Source: a virus (lineage: Duplodnaviria; Caudoviricetes). Taken from it: a DNA stretch of 59,716 nt. This document shows positions 19,823 through 30,385 of the stretch, piece by piece. The translations under genes and the position numbers were made by a program. The notes beneath the pieces are model-generated. The model did not search any database, was not told the DNA's origin, and saw only the letters and a program-made list of their open reading frames with translations. Positions within the stretch are counted from its first letter, which is position 1; each line of letters starts with the position of its first letter. The stretch lies in IMG/VR virus record IMGVR_UViG_3300020045_007673, positions 1 through 59,716 of that record, one strand, 5' to 3'.

Positions 19823-21939
19823 TGTTCAACTTTGGAAACTTTAATCCTCAACAGTTTGCCGCTCTCGCGCCTCCGACCGGCGCGACCAATGCACCAGTTA
19901 CACCCTCACCCTTAACTTTCTCTGCGGCCACCAAGACGGGCGTACAGCAGTTCGATCCGCTTATCAACACCAACGGGCAATGGTCCGCAGCCCCCATCGC
20001 GCCGAATCCGATGGATCAGTACAAAAAGTTGGGGTTGGATGAAGCCCCAGGATATGAGGGGTACTACGGGTACGACCCGCATGCGGAAGCGCTCGGGCTG
20101 GTCGATGGAAAAGTGTTCTACGAGAATTTTGATCCGAGACTATATACAGGTAACGATCGTCGTGAAAGTTTCCTGATTCAAGATTGGGTTGATCCGAATT
20201 GGGCAAAGGAAAACACAACCGCTTACACCGATCCAACTACCGGGAAATCCGGTTTCCTGATTGACCCCACGCTAATTAATGACCCAAACTTCGCAACCAA
20301 GTCAGTAGATTCCTACCGTAATGAAGCCGACCTCAACGGTGGCATCATGGGGGCGCTCGGACCGGTTGGGCAGGGGCTATTGACGCTGGCCTCGATTATC
20401 CCTAGCCCGATTCAGCCTTTCGCGGCGATGGCTTCGGCGGGACTAAACGTCGCCTCCGGGGTGCAGAACGGGAATTGGGGGCAAGCCGTAGGAGGGGCGC
20501 TGGGTTTCGCGCCAATCGGCAACGCCGTAATGGGCGGGTTGAATCAGTATGTCGGTTCCGGCATTAGCGCGATGTCGCCGGAACTCGCCAGCGCATTAGG
20601 CTCGCAGGGCGTTTCGGCTTTGACCTCCGGGGTAGCCTCGGCGGGGTTGGCCGGGTTGGGCGGCGCGGATTTGTCGCAAGCTCTGACGGCGGGGCTTATG
20701 ACCGGAGCGGGGAATTACGGCTCCAATTACGCAGTGGATCAGTTGAAGGCTGCGGGAATCACCGACCCAGCAATCCTCGGGGCGGCAAAATCCGGAACCG
20801 GTTCATTGATAAAGTCGGGTGGCAATACCGACGCTGCGCTCACCAGCGCGCTTACCGCTGGGGCAAACAACTTCGCGGCTCCCTACATAGATAGCGGGGT
20901 TGATTGGGCGACAAACCTATTCAGCGGTGATGGCGCAACGGCGGACGCCGCGACTTCAAGCTTTGATCCGCAATGGCAGGATTCAATTTACAGCCAACCC
21001 TACAACGGGACGGCAGACGCGGGGGGTACGAACATGAGCGGCGGTTACGATGATTTGTTTGGCGATATAGATAGCTACTTCCAGAACGATACGCCAGAGG
21101 ACTATCTATATTACGGTATAGACAACAACCCCGCGTACGAGGACATGTTTCCGTATGCACCTGGACAAGATCAATATGTGAATGGTTCTGAGGTGGATTG
21201 GAGTTTGTTTCCTGACATCGACATGTCTGGCGGCAATTACACTGACCAATTCGGCTCCACAATCTGGGACCCATTGCAAGACGTGATTCAATGGACAGGT
21301 GGGATCGCCGACACGCAGCGGGTAGCCACTGGAAACGGGATTGCCGGTGGAGCCAGGGGCAAATCAACCGGAACCGGCGCGGCGGGAAAGACGGCTGCAA
21401 CCGGCTCCGTATTACAGCAGCTAATGAAACAGTTTCTTGGCGAGGGGGGCGCGGAAGCGGCAAACCCGTACATCAACGCGGGGACGGCGCTATTGAGCTA
21501 TCTGGCGTCCCGGCAAGGAGCGCAAAACAACGCGGATGCGGCACAGGGGGCATTGAATAATCTACGTTCCCCGGCGTTTAGCGCAGCGCTTACCCCTGCC
21601 GCCTTCGCTAGTCCGGGGCAAGGCAAGACGCTTGGCCAAGTGATGATGCGCGCGAAGGGCGGTGGAGTTGGTTCCGGATGTTCGTGCGGTGGGTTGTCGG
21701 CTTACGTCAAGGGTGGATCGGCGGGGCAAGCGGACAAGATTCCGGCGATGCTTTCCGATGGCGAATACGTGATGGACGCAGATATCGTTTCGGCGCTCGG
21801 CGACGGCAACAATGAGGCGGGTGCGGCGGCGCTGGACAGAATGCGTGAAAACGTGCGGAAACATAAGCGAGCCGCACCCGCTCACAAAATACCGCCGAAG
21901 GCCAAGAAGCCGGAACAGTACCTGAAAGGAGCAAAGTAA
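19822..21939 (+). CDS. Internal virion / DNA ejection protein
   Basis: Gly/Ala-rich. C-terminal D.IPAMLSDGEYV..AD.VS.LG.G...AGA motif. Confidence 0.65.
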   Translation: MFNFGNFNPQQFAALAPPTGATNAPVTPSPLTFSAATKTGVQQFDPLINTNGQWSAAPIAPNPMDQYKKLGLDEAPGYEGYYGYDPHAEALGLVDGKVFYENFDPRLYTGNDRRESFLIQDWVDPNWAKENTTAYTDPTTGKSGFLIDPTLINDPNFATKSVDSYRNEADLNGGIMGALGPVGQGLLTLASIIPSPIQPFAAMASAGLNVASGVQNGNWGQAVGGALGFAPIGNAVMGGLNQYVGSGISAMSPELASALGSQGVSALTSGVASAGLAGLGGADLSQALTAGLMTGAGNYGSNYAVDQLKAAGITDPAILGAAKSGTGSLIKSGGNTDAALTSALTAGANNFAAPYIDSGVDWATNLFSGDGATADAATSSFDPQWQDSIYSQPYNGTADAGGTNMSGGYDDLFGDIDSYFQNDTPEDYLYYGIDNNPAYEDMFPYAPGQDQYVNGSEVDWSLFPDIDMSGGNYTDQFGSTIWDPLQDVIQWTGGIADTQRVATGNGIAGGARGKSTGTGAAGKTAATGSVLQQLMKQFLGEGGAEAANPYINAGTALLSYLASRQGAQNNADAAQGALNNLRSPAFSAALTPAAFASPGQGKTLGQVMMRAKGGGVGSGCSCGGLSAYVKGGSAGQADKIPAMLSDGEYVMDADIVSALGDGNNEAGAAALDRMRENVRKHKRAAPAHKIPPKAKKPEQYLKGAK

Positions 21940-23576
21940 TGACTGACGCTATTTCAACTACGCCGGGGACAACGGCGACGCAAGCGGCGCTGACCCCTAC
22001 TTGGTACGACCAACTTGCGCAGCAATTCGGTAATACGACTTCAGGAGCGCTGACCAACGTCGCCAACTTGTCAAACAACTGGTACAACCAGCCACTAGTT
22101 GCAGGGCAAACCGCCGACCAGCAAGCCTTGGCCGCGTCCGGGATGGATGCCGTCGGGCAATGGTCGCCTAGTTATTTGCAAGCGCAAGGCACGGTCAATT
22201 CTGCCGCCCCACTGTGGGGGCAAGCAACTGCCGCGTCGAATCAGGTCACATCGGGATTGCCACAAGCGCAAGACTTATGGGGGCAAGCAACTACCGCTGC
22301 TAATAGTACGACTTCTGGGCTTCCTGCGGCGCAGGGATTGTGGGATCAGAGCGCGGCGGCTACCGCGATGCAAGCGTCAGGCTTACCCCAAGCGCAAGAC
22401 GCTTGGACGGCGGCGCAAAACGCGGCGAACCTGCAAAGTTCCGGGCTTCCTGCCGCGCAGAGTTTGTGGGGGCAGTCGGCGGATATGCTGGGGACGGCGG
22501 CGGGCATGACGCAAGCCGTTGGTGCGTACGATCCAGCGGAAATGCAAAGGCATCTGTCGCCGTACCTTGGCGGGGTGCTGGACGAGATCGCGCGGCTCGG
22601 CAATCAAAATCTAACAAATACCATCCTGCCGGGGATCAATCAGACTTTTACGGGTTCCGGCTTATTCGGATCGTCGCGTAATGCCGACTTCACTCAGGAC
22701 GCAATTGGTAAGACACAGCAGGAAATTCTTGGGGCGCAAGCCAACGCGGGGTTGAGTGCATATAACCAAGCGGCGAATGACTATTTCAATTGGGGGCAGC
22801 TTGGACTAACTCAGGCGAATCAGTACGGGAACCTCGGCACAGCGATGGGGAATCTCGGCACAACCCAAGCCGTTACACCGTCGAGCGTATATGGGTCGCA
22901 AGCCACACAGCTAACCAATTTAGGTAATACTTACGCAGCTACGCCGTCAAACATCTACGGAGCGCAAGCGTCGCAGTACGGGAACCTCGGCAACACGGCG
23001 GCGGCAACCCCAGCCAGCGTGTATGGGGCGCTGTCGAGCCAACTCGGAAACCTCGGCAATACTTACGCAACCACTCCGGCGAGCATTTACGGCTCGCAAG
23101 CCGGGCAGTATGGCTCGCAAGCTGCCGGACTAACCGGGCTTGGCCAGACGCAAGGTAATCTCGCGCTGGCCGGACAGGGGCAAACGTGGAACGACCTCAC
23201 TAACGCCTACGGGTTGCAAGAGCAAGGTCGGTTGAACACACAACAAGGTTTGACGGCGGCATACGACGATTGGCAAAAGCAATTAAGCACGCCGTACAGC
23301 CTGCTCGGGGGGCTTGGTGCGATGGCTTCGCAATTCCCGTCGCTTTACAGGGGGGCAAATACGCAAGTAACCGCGAATAATCCCTCACAAACCAGTCCGC
23401 TGAATGACATTTCGCAAATACTCGCCGCGTTCAACGCGGGTGGCGGGGCACCGGCTCAATCCGGCGGTTCGAATGGTGTGAATGCGCTGGCGCAAATACT
23501 TGCGGCGCTGCGTGGTTCCGGCGGGACTACCGAGACAGCACCAGTACCAGACGAGCCGCACGCGTACCCCCACTGA
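21939..23576 (+). CDS. Internal virion / DNA ejection protein with 21-aa helical repeats
   Basis: Q/A/G-rich. SGLP.AQ.LWGQ and YG.LGN..A.TP repeats. Confidence 0.65.
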   Translation: MTDAISTTPGTTATQAALTPTWYDQLAQQFGNTTSGALTNVANLSNNWYNQPLVAGQTADQQALAASGMDAVGQWSPSYLQAQGTVNSAAPLWGQATAASNQVTSGLPQAQDLWGQATTAANSTTSGLPAAQGLWDQSAAATAMQASGLPQAQDAWTAAQNAANLQSSGLPAAQSLWGQSADMLGTAAGMTQAVGAYDPAEMQRHLSPYLGGVLDEIARLGNQNLTNTILPGINQTFTGSGLFGSSRNADFTQDAIGKTQQEILGAQANAGLSAYNQAANDYFNWGQLGLTQANQYGNLGTAMGNLGTTQAVTPSSVYGSQATQLTNLGNTYAATPSNIYGAQASQYGNLGNTAAATPASVYGALSSQLGNLGNTYATTPASIYGSQAGQYGSQAAGLTGLGQTQGNLALAGQGQTWNDLTNAYGLQEQGRLNTQQGLTAAYDDWQKQLSTPYSLLGGLGAMASQFPSLYRGANTQVTANNPSQTSPLNDISQILAAFNAGGGAPAQSGGSNGVNALAQILAALRGSGGTTETAPVPDEPHAYPH

Positions 23577-23588
23577 TTGGAGATAACT

Positions 23589-25214
23589 ATGCCGTACGAT
23601 GACCAGGACGTTACCGGAATCAGCGCCAACAATCCGGCGCTCGCAGCGGCAATGCAAGCCCTGCAAGGCTACCAGCCGGACGAACTCCCCACGCCTACCG
23701 ACCGGAAGGGGGCGCTATCCAACTACACCAACGCGATACGCAACGCCGGGAAAGACACGCGCCAGCCGTGGGAGGTGATGCTGGAGGCCGGGCTTTCGTC
23801 CGATAACCCCGCCGACCCGTTTGTGTCGGGCACTTCCAGCTTGAAGGCGCTCAAGGCGTGGAATCAATCTCAACGCGAATCCGTCGCTGTCCGCGAGCAA
23901 GCGGCAGCAAAGGCTGAATTGGAAGACGTACTGCAACGCCGGAAGGACGCGCAAGCGTTGCTGTTGGGGCAGAGTCGGGCGGGGAATCGTGGAACTTGGC
24001 AAACAAAAACGTTAGACGATGGCTCGGTTTATCGCTGGAATACCGGAACGGGGGAAGAAAAGTTCATCCCCGCCACTATGTCTAAAGCCTGGCAAGCCGC
24101 GCAGCTTGAGGGGTATAAGCGTGCGGGTGAGTTGAGAATGCCGAACCCGGAAGAGTATGCCGCTAACTATGCGGATCAAGTGGTTGGTTCCGCACCAAGG
24201 CAGCCGAATCCGATCAGAGGCGCAACTGCGCCGGGAACTCAACCGGCTGCCCCCGCAAACCAAACCTTGGGCGTTGGCGCTCAACAGCGGCCAGCTATCC
24301 CGGCGCAAGGGATGCCGCCCGGAGAGATGGGCGGGATGCCACAGGAGGGGCAACTAGACCTTGGTGGGGCGCAGGGTGTGGAGGCGCTACCGGACGGCGT
24401 ACAAGCGGAAATAGCCCGACTGGTGAATCGGCTTCAGGCAAATCCGTCGCCGGAACTCCACAGGAATACCATGCAACGTCTATATCAGCTGCAAAAGCAG
24501 TACGGCGGCGCGCAAGTCCCTACGGTGGGGCGCAGGGTGCTGAATTACGATAACGTCGCCAAGTTTGAAGGGAAAGCCGAAACGGAAAAAGCCTCCGCCA
24601 AGAATTACGCAGCGCTGTTTGATGAAAATGTAGCTAAACCCGCTGCGGCCTTCACAAACACTGGGAAGATTATGCAGGATTTCAATCAACTCGGACAGAT
24701 GAAATCCGCGTTGAAGGCGGGTAAGCTGAAGGAGTATATGGCGGGCGACGGCGGGAAGTGGGCGCTTTCGTTGTTGCCCCCTGGCTCCGATTTGAGTAAG
24801 GGTATCGCCAACGCACAAGAAGCGGAGAAGCTGACCGCCGGGTTGGTAAATCAAATCTTGATGGCGGCAAAAGGCGTACAGACGGAGGGCGACGCCCAAC
24901 GTGCAAAGAGTCAAATCCCCAGCGTCGGAATGTCGGATGAGGCGAATAAGTACATAGAATCGTACGTCACGGAAACCGCCAGGCAATTGAAACTACGGGA
25001 AAGAATCGGCCTTGAACACAAAAATGCTACAGGATCGTTTGAGGGTTATGACGACGTATGGACAAGCTCACCTATAATGACAAAAGCGAAAGGGTCGGTC
25101 AAGAAAGTGGGCAGCAACTTTATCGGCTTAACCCAGTACCTTGCGAAATACCGGGAAAAATATCCGGATCGAACCGAGGAAGACGCTATCAATAGTTGGA
25201 ATAAGGTGAATTGA
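23589..25214 (+). CDS. Internal virion / ejection protein
   Basis: GGAGA RBS. KGVQTEGDAQRA motif, located in the ejectosome block. Confidence 0.6.
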   Translation: MPYDDQDVTGISANNPALAAAMQALQGYQPDELPTPTDRKGALSNYTNAIRNAGKDTRQPWEVMLEAGLSSDNPADPFVSGTSSLKALKAWNQSQRESVAVREQAAAKAELEDVLQRRKDAQALLLGQSRAGNRGTWQTKTLDDGSVYRWNTGTGEEKFIPATMSKAWQAAQLEGYKRAGELRMPNPEEYAANYADQVVGSAPRQPNPIRGATAPGTQPAAPANQTLGVGAQQRPAIPAQGMPPGEMGGMPQEGQLDLGGAQGVEALPDGVQAEIARLVNRLQANPSPELHRNTMQRLYQLQKQYGGAQVPTVGRRVLNYDNVAKFEGKAETEKASAKNYAALFDENVAKPAAAFTNTGKIMQDFNQLGQMKSALKAGKLKEYMAGDGGKWALSLLPPGSDLSKGIANAQEAEKLTAGLVNQILMAAKGVQTEGDAQRAKSQIPSVGMSDEANKYIESYVTETARQLKLRERIGLEHKNATGSFEGYDDVWTSSPIMTKAKGSVKKVGSNFIGLTQYLAKYREKYPDRTEEDAINSWNKVN

Positions 25215-25216
25215 TC

Positions 25217-27019
25217 ATGGCCGCACAAGACGACGATATTCTGACTGATAGCGACTTTGCTGAAATAACTCCCGACGAAACCGCCCCGGCGAGTCCTGGC
25301 GCGGCATTGAAACTGGAGCAACCAGAAGACCCGGCGGCAACCATGTCGCCGTGGGAGACGGCTTTGGCGAGCGCGGGTGGGGAATTTGCCGATTTGCTGG
25401 GTGGGGCAAAGGAAAAAGTTCAACTGATGTTCGCCCCCGAGGGGGAAGCCGGGGATAAACTGCGACAAAAAATCGGCGCGGAACGTTCTGAGCGAAAAGC
25501 GGGGATTGACCGTCTAAATCAATATCCCTCGGGTGTCGCCGGATCGCTTGCCGCGAAAGTTCTTCCGGCGATGGCTGCCCCGGCACGGCTTCCGTTTCAG
25601 GTAGGTATGGAGGCGCTTACCGGATTCATGAAACCGGGGAACGAGAAAGTGTCGGGCATTCTGCCGGAACTTGCCGGTTCAGCGCTTCACGGCGGGGCTG
25701 GGGCGGCGGAAGTTGCTGCGATGGGAAAGGCGCTACAGCTTGGCGGGAAAGGTTTTAACGCGCTTCGCGGAAAATACACCCCGGCAGGAGAGGCGGCAAT
25801 GCGTACTGACGCCGCTTCCGCGCGGCTCGGGCTTCCGTCGCCGTCTGTCGGGCAACTTGATCCGACTTCTCCTATTGGACAAATCGAGCGATCGTTGTCT
25901 AGGTATGGTCGGCGGATGCAAGAGCACGCGTCCGCGCTGGACGATGTTTTAGGTAAGAGTATCGATCTACCTGAGGGATCGGTTCTTCAGCGCGGCGGGA
26001 AGTACCAAGATGAATTGACGGCTGCCGTACAGAAACGCCTTGACCTTGGATCGGCCAAATATCGCGGCGTGGATGAATTTATCGCGCAATCAGGGCTGCA
26101 ACCGCCTACACCAACATACACCGCAAACATGGTGACGGCGATTAACCGTAATGGCTACGAGGAAGCCGCGCCGCTGTTGCAGAAGTACGGCTTCGATGTG
26201 CCGTCAATGGCAGGGATGGATCGGGCGCAATTGGGGAATACCCCTCTGTCCATGGAAAACCTACACAAAGCGCGGGTATCCACCAATCGCACGCTACGAT
26301 TCCTTGATCGTGCGATGGAAAACCCCGGCAACGTAGGCAACACCAACATATCGGCGGCGCGGAAATACGCGAGTGACCTAAAAACCGCGATAGACAGCGA
26401 TATGGATATGTGGGCGAAGAAAAATGCCGGGAATCAGAACGCGCATAATCTTTACAAGGAAGCGACTGAGTACTGGCGCGACGTGGTGGGACCTACGGTA
26501 AGTGAAAACCCGCTGGCTAAGAAGTTGATGAGCAAATCCCGAGGATTTGATGTGCCAGTAAAAGCCGTTACCGCTTCGTTAAGCAAAGAAGGCAGTGCGC
26601 TGACAGACCTCCTTCGACCGACAATGAGTCCTCGCGGAGCGGACATGACGGACGTTCTTCGCAATCTTCCCGAGGTAACTTCTGCCATGCTGGGTTCAGC
26701 GCCTTCTCCCAACACTTCTGCACTTTGGCAGTTACTTCGGGTGGGAGGCCTCCACCCGGTAAGTCTAATGGAGGCAGGAATGCCGGCCTTGACGAGGTCG
26801 GCGGCGACGAAGCGGCTTCACTTTGCACCATCTGCTCTCGAAGGAGCGGCCCCATCAACTGGATCAGTTCTAGATGCCGCTCGGAGAGGCGGTCTATCTG
26901 CCGTTCGAGATAATCTACTTCCGAAGCAAGGTATCGCACCTCGATTAGCATGGGGCGCAGCGCAGTACCCCCAAGAAGAAACCGACAGTTACTTAGAAAG
27001 TTTGTTAGGGACACGATGA
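25217..27019 (+). CDS. Large internal virion / ejection protein
   Basis: Last gene of the plus-strand operon. Helical and Ala-rich. Confidence 0.6.
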   Translation: MAAQDDDILTDSDFAEITPDETAPASPGAALKLEQPEDPAATMSPWETALASAGGEFADLLGGAKEKVQLMFAPEGEAGDKLRQKIGAERSERKAGIDRLNQYPSGVAGSLAAKVLPAMAAPARLPFQVGMEALTGFMKPGNEKVSGILPELAGSALHGGAGAAEVAAMGKALQLGGKGFNALRGKYTPAGEAAMRTDAASARLGLPSPSVGQLDPTSPIGQIERSLSRYGRRMQEHASALDDVLGKSIDLPEGSVLQRGGKYQDELTAAVQKRLDLGSAKYRGVDEFIAQSGLQPPTPTYTANMVTAINRNGYEEAAPLLQKYGFDVPSMAGMDRAQLGNTPLSMENLHKARVSTNRTLRFLDRAMENPGNVGNTNISAARKYASDLKTAIDSDMDMWAKKNAGNQNAHNLYKEATEYWRDVVGPTVSENPLAKKLMSKSRGFDVPVKAVTASLSKEGSALTDLLRPTMSPRGADMTDVLRNLPEVTSAMLGSAPSPNTSALWQLLRVGGLHPVSLMEAGMPALTRSAATKRLHFAPSALEGAAPSTGSVLDAARRGGLSAVRDNLLPKQGIAPRLAWGAAQYPQEETDSYLESLLGTR

Positions 27020-27176
27020 GTACCTCAAATCAAGTTCATACCTCAACTTCTCGGATTCTAGCGCGGCCTTTCGGTTCTTGAGGTGGAAGGCTTTCGGGTT
27101 GATCTCCAATTGGTATTCTAGGTATTGAATTTTTGAACCCAAACGAACCAGAGATTGAGTTTGGTTAGCCAGATCG

Positions 27177-27389
27177 TCACGAGCTTCCCCAGCAGAGAAA
27201 AGCCACGGATTCAGACAAATCAAATTCTTGCGGAATTTGATTCAAGTCGTCTTGTGGTATGTCGTACTCCTTCTTTAGTAACGCGGCGCGTGCTTCTTCA
27301 ACATTCGGCGCGACCGCAACCATAATGCCCGTTCCATAAACGCGCAATACATTATCCCAGAAAAATAGCTTCATTTTCTTTTGATCCAT
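27177..27389 (-). CDS. Hypothetical protein
   Basis: GAGGA RBS before MDQKKMKLFFW. Confidence 0.55.
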   Translation of the reverse strand: MDQKKMKLFFWDNVLRVYGTGIMVAVAPNVEEARAALLKKEYDIPQDDLNQIPQEFDLSESVAFLCWGSS

Positions 27390-27390
27390 G

Positions 27391-27654
27391 TTATTCCTCG
27401 TCCTTCCTACATACAGTCTTCCGAGCTTCTTCCACAGTTGAGGCAACAGCGACGATAACAGCGCTAACGCAACCCTCAGGGATAATTACTTCGATCGGCT
27501 GGGGCGGTTTCTTCGGCGGGGCGAGTTCCGTAATAAACTCGATATCCAACGGCGCTTCCGGCACTAGCCGCTCCGAAACGACCTTCAAATCTTGCGAGAC
27601 TTCACGAAGCAAATCGTAAATCTGTTGAAGCGTAGTAACTAATCCTTGAGTCAT
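27391..27654 (-). CDS. Hypothetical protein
   Basis: AGGGG RBS. Shares the VAVA..VEEAR motif with the downstream gene. Confidence 0.55.
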   Translation of the reverse strand: MTQGLVTTLQQIYDLLREVSQDLKVVSERLVPEAPLDIEFITELAPPKKPPQPIEVIIPEGCVSAVIVAVASTVEEARKTVCRKDEE

Positions 27655-27723
27655 TTTGTTTCCCCTTTTACGTTAATCATAGGCCCCGCAACCGCCGTCA
27701 TCATCAAATTTCACCCAATTGGG

Positions 27724-28053
27724 TTAGTTTGCGGCGGCGCGGGGTTCTTCGGGCGGGAGTTCCTTGCATCCCGCACATTCAGCGTACCTGTCAAACTTTG
27801 CCGACTGGCACTCGGTCGTCATCGTGTGCGGTATCCACTTCAGTCCAACACGGAACCGCCCGTCAGGGAAATACTCACGGTCTGGTGCGTAATACCCTGC
27901 GGCGAGCGTGTCACGGTTGTGGCAGCTGGGGCGACGTATTGCCTTGCCCGAAACCGGCGTCCCGCAATAGCGCAACGCTTCTAGCTGCTGCTCGGGGGTG
28001 CCGTACTGAAGCATTACAGCCGCGATCTGCCCGACGGTTTCTGTGTGGATCAT
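27724..28053 (-). CDS. Hypothetical Cys-rich protein
   Basis: CHNR and C..C motifs. GGAGA RBS. Confidence 0.55.
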   Translation of the reverse strand: MIHTETVGQIAAVMLQYGTPEQQLEALRYCGTPVSGKAIRRPSCHNRDTLAAGYYAPDREYFPDGRFRVGLKWIPHTMTTECQSAKFDRYAECAGCKELPPEEPRAAAN

Positions 28054-28067
28054 TTCTTTATCTCCAA

Positions 28068-28271
28068 TCAGTATTCACAATCGACAGTGAATTCATGGCC
28101 GCACTCTGGGCACATGACCTCAACGCCTCTGCTGCGCTACGTACCATGCTCGGGGGCATCAAGCTGCCTACCGTCCCAGAAGTCAGTAGCGTCCAGCAAA
28201 TCTACATGTTCCCCGCACCCTGGGCAGTCGTAATTAAGCTCTACCGTCCAGGCCGCCATTATGTTTGTCAT
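28068..28271 (-). pseudogene. Zn-ribbon protein gene interrupted by in-frame TAG (pseudogene or readthrough)
   Basis: MTNIMAAWTVELNYDCPGCG...EHGT*RSRGVEVMCPECGHEFTVDCEY. ATGA-coupled to the upstream gene. TAG at 28139-28137. Confidence 0.7.
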
Positions 28272-29011
28272 TTCCCTATCTCCATGCCGCGAATTGCGGC
28301 GGCAATTGCTTCGGCGTCACGGCCTGCGGCAGTATCTTCGGCTACCGCCGCACACTGCTCCCTGCCGCGCTCCAGCATGGCGTCTAGGGCGCTGGTGTCG
28401 GCGGTGGAGTCGCCAAGAGTTTGAATAGCTATGCGTAGTGATTCGTGAGATTTCGGCATAGCAACCACTTTTTCAAGTGCTTTTCGCAGCCGTGCGTTAT
28501 CGGCTTGCGCGGCGAGTCGTTCCCGCAATCCGTCGCTCCCCGCCGCCCCCACCTTGTTTAATTCTTTCCACGCGGCAAGTTTTGCCTCCACGTTTCCGTT
28601 AGCAACGTTCTTGGCTACTTCCAGAGATTCGCGGAGGTTCGCGCATTCGATGTCGTAGCAGCGCTTCATTCCTGCCACCTTCTCCTCAACCGCATCCGGG
28701 CTGAACCAGTAGCCGACTTCTTCTGGCGCGGTAGCTCCACCTCCTGTAATTGTCATAGTTTTATGTTGTCCCAGCATCTGCGGTGGAAGGTCAGCAAGCA
28801 TCGATTCGTCACGGAACGACGGCTCGCAATCGACGCACATACAATGGTGAGTTGGTGGGTGGGGGTCTGCGGCTTCTCGCCTCGCCTTCAACTCCCGCAA
28901 CCATTCAGCTAACTGCGCATGCTCTGCGGCACAGGCTGATTCATCGCAGGCTGCACGATTGGCCGCATGTTCTATCGCGGCATCAAGCGTCATGACAGGT
29001 GCTTGCGTCAT
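28268..29011 (-). CDS. Hypothetical mosaic early protein
   Basis: LDAAIEHA..C..CAAEHAQLAEWLREL N-terminal module followed by a coiled coil. Confidence 0.6.
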   Translation of the reverse strand: MTQAPVMTLDAAIEHAANRAACDESACAAEHAQLAEWLRELKARREAADPHPPTHHCMCVDCEPSFRDESMLADLPPQMLGQHKTMTITGGGATAPEEVGYWFSPDAVEEKVAGMKRCYDIECANLRESLEVAKNVANGNVEAKLAAWKELNKVGAAGSDGLRERLAAQADNARLRKALEKVVAMPKSHESLRIAIQTLGDSTADTSALDAMLERGREQCAAVAEDTAAGRDAEAIAAAIRGMEIGK

Positions 29012-29355
29012 TCTGTTTCTCCCTTCGGTATAAGTTCGTATGGGTGATCTGCGAGCCACTTGATCATTTCATCAGGCATAACCGCGTCGAATTTCAGTGC
29101 CGCACCTTCCCAGCGTTTGCGCTCGTAGGCGGCCCCGGCGACGTAGCCGTGCTTGAAACCAACCACCGCATCGCTGAACCCCCATACGTCGCTTGCTATT
29201 ACGGCCTCGTTTAACCCCTTCTGCAACTCGGCAAGCTGCGCTTCGCGGATGCGGCGGGCGAATTCCTTACACCAAGGGTCTGAACCTACTCCGCCAAAGT
29301 CAGCGGACTCGATGTTGTCCGCAATCCGCAGATCGCTTTCGTCTTGTGTGGTCAT
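29008..29355 (-). CDS. Hypothetical protein
   Basis: Part of an ATGA-coupled gene chain. Confidence 0.55.
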   Translation of the reverse strand: MTTQDESDLRIADNIESADFGGVGSDPWCKEFARRIREAQLAELQKGLNEAVIASDVWGFSDAVVGFKHGYVAGAAYERKRWEGAALKFDAVMPDEMIKWLADHPYELIPKGETE

Positions 29356-29774
29356 TTTGTGGTTCCCTTCATCGCTTGGTCAATTGCGGTGTCCAAAGCC
29401 ATACCACCCAGCGTGCAACCGATACATCCGGTACTTTTGCTCTGCACACGGGGGATTTCGTCGTCAAACCTTTCCGCTCGAAGCCAACGATATCGCTCTG
29501 CGTCACGCTGCGACGCTTCCTGTTCAGGATGCTGATACACCGGGTACGGCGTGCCCGTTGCTGTCCATCCCTTGGGCGGTCTCGCTCCCCAACCCGATTG
29601 AGTGTAGGGATCGCCTTCGCCGTCGATCCAGCCGTCAGGTTCTTGAGGCGCATGCAGCAAGTCCCAACAGGCGCGGAAGCCTTCGAGCTTCGCCGTCCAA
29701 GCGGTATAACCCGCGTCTGGTGGCGGCCCAAACCTCGCCTCGAAAGCGGCATCGCATTCGGTGTAGTCGGTCAT
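29352..29774 (-). CDS. Hypothetical protein with DAERYRWLR module
   Basis: DAERYRWLR...LDTAID motif is common in phage early genes. Confidence 0.65.
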   Translation of the reverse strand: MTDYTECDAAFEARFGPPPDAGYTAWTAKLEGFRACWDLLHAPQEPDGWIDGEGDPYTQSGWGARPPKGWTATGTPYPVYQHPEQEASQRDAERYRWLRAERFDDEIPRVQSKSTGCIGCTLGGMALDTAIDQAMKGTTK

Positions 29775-30037
29775 TTCCCCATCTCCATGTTTGGCTGCGT
29801 CTGCATAGAGATAGCCCCGATCAGTGGGAGATTTAGTCCGCAGTGGAAATTGAAACCTTGCCCCCTATAAACTCGCCTGAAGTAAGGCCCGAAACTTCCA
29901 GATGGGCGGGGGTTCCATGTGATTATCCAACGCCACGTCAAAGACCATTTCCAATGCCATGCCACTACCGTCCATGACGAACAGGGAACGCCATTGGTGT
30001 TCTGTCGGTGCAGGATCGTCAATTGTTTCCTTGTCAT
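29771..30037 (-). CDS. Hypothetical Trp-rich protein
   Basis: ATGA-coupled. Starts MTRKQLTILHRQ. Confidence 0.5.
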   Translation of the reverse strand: MTRKQLTILHRQNTNGVPCSSWTVVAWHWKWSLTWRWIITWNPRPSGSFGPYFRRVYRGQGFNFHCGLNLPLIGAISMQTQPNMEMGK

Positions 30038-30384
30038 TCCCCCATCTCCTTCCCCATCGCGGCAGCAGCCCGGACGATAGCGAGTGCCTCTTCCTCTTTG
30101 TCGCCTGGGGTGAAACATTCAAAGATGTCTGAGGCTTCGCCTGGTATTGGTATTGCAACCCACCCCAGATCAAAGAAAATTCGCATCTTCAACTCGCGGG
30201 CGAGGCGGTGAAGGTCGCCGTCGTCCTGAAGCGGTCGCCAGACGAAAGGCTCGCTTCTTGGTTCCGGTTTCGATGGGGTACAAAAGTAAGCGCCGCGATG
30301 GTCATACGACACAAAGGATGTTTGATCCCAATACCCCGCAGCCTTCGCTGCGAGGATGAGAAGTTCTTTGGTGTCGGTGGTCAT
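30034..30384 (-). CDS. Hypothetical protein
   Basis: ELL.LAAKAAG, W.PL.DDGD..RLA and AIVRAAA motifs of a phage family. Confidence 0.65.
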   Translation of the reverse strand: MTTDTKELLILAAKAAGYWDQTSFVSYDHRGAYFCTPSKPEPRSEPFVWRPLQDDGDLHRLARELKMRIFFDLGWVAIPIPGEASDIFECFTPGDKEEEALAIVRAAAAMGKEMGE

Positions 30385-30385
30385 G

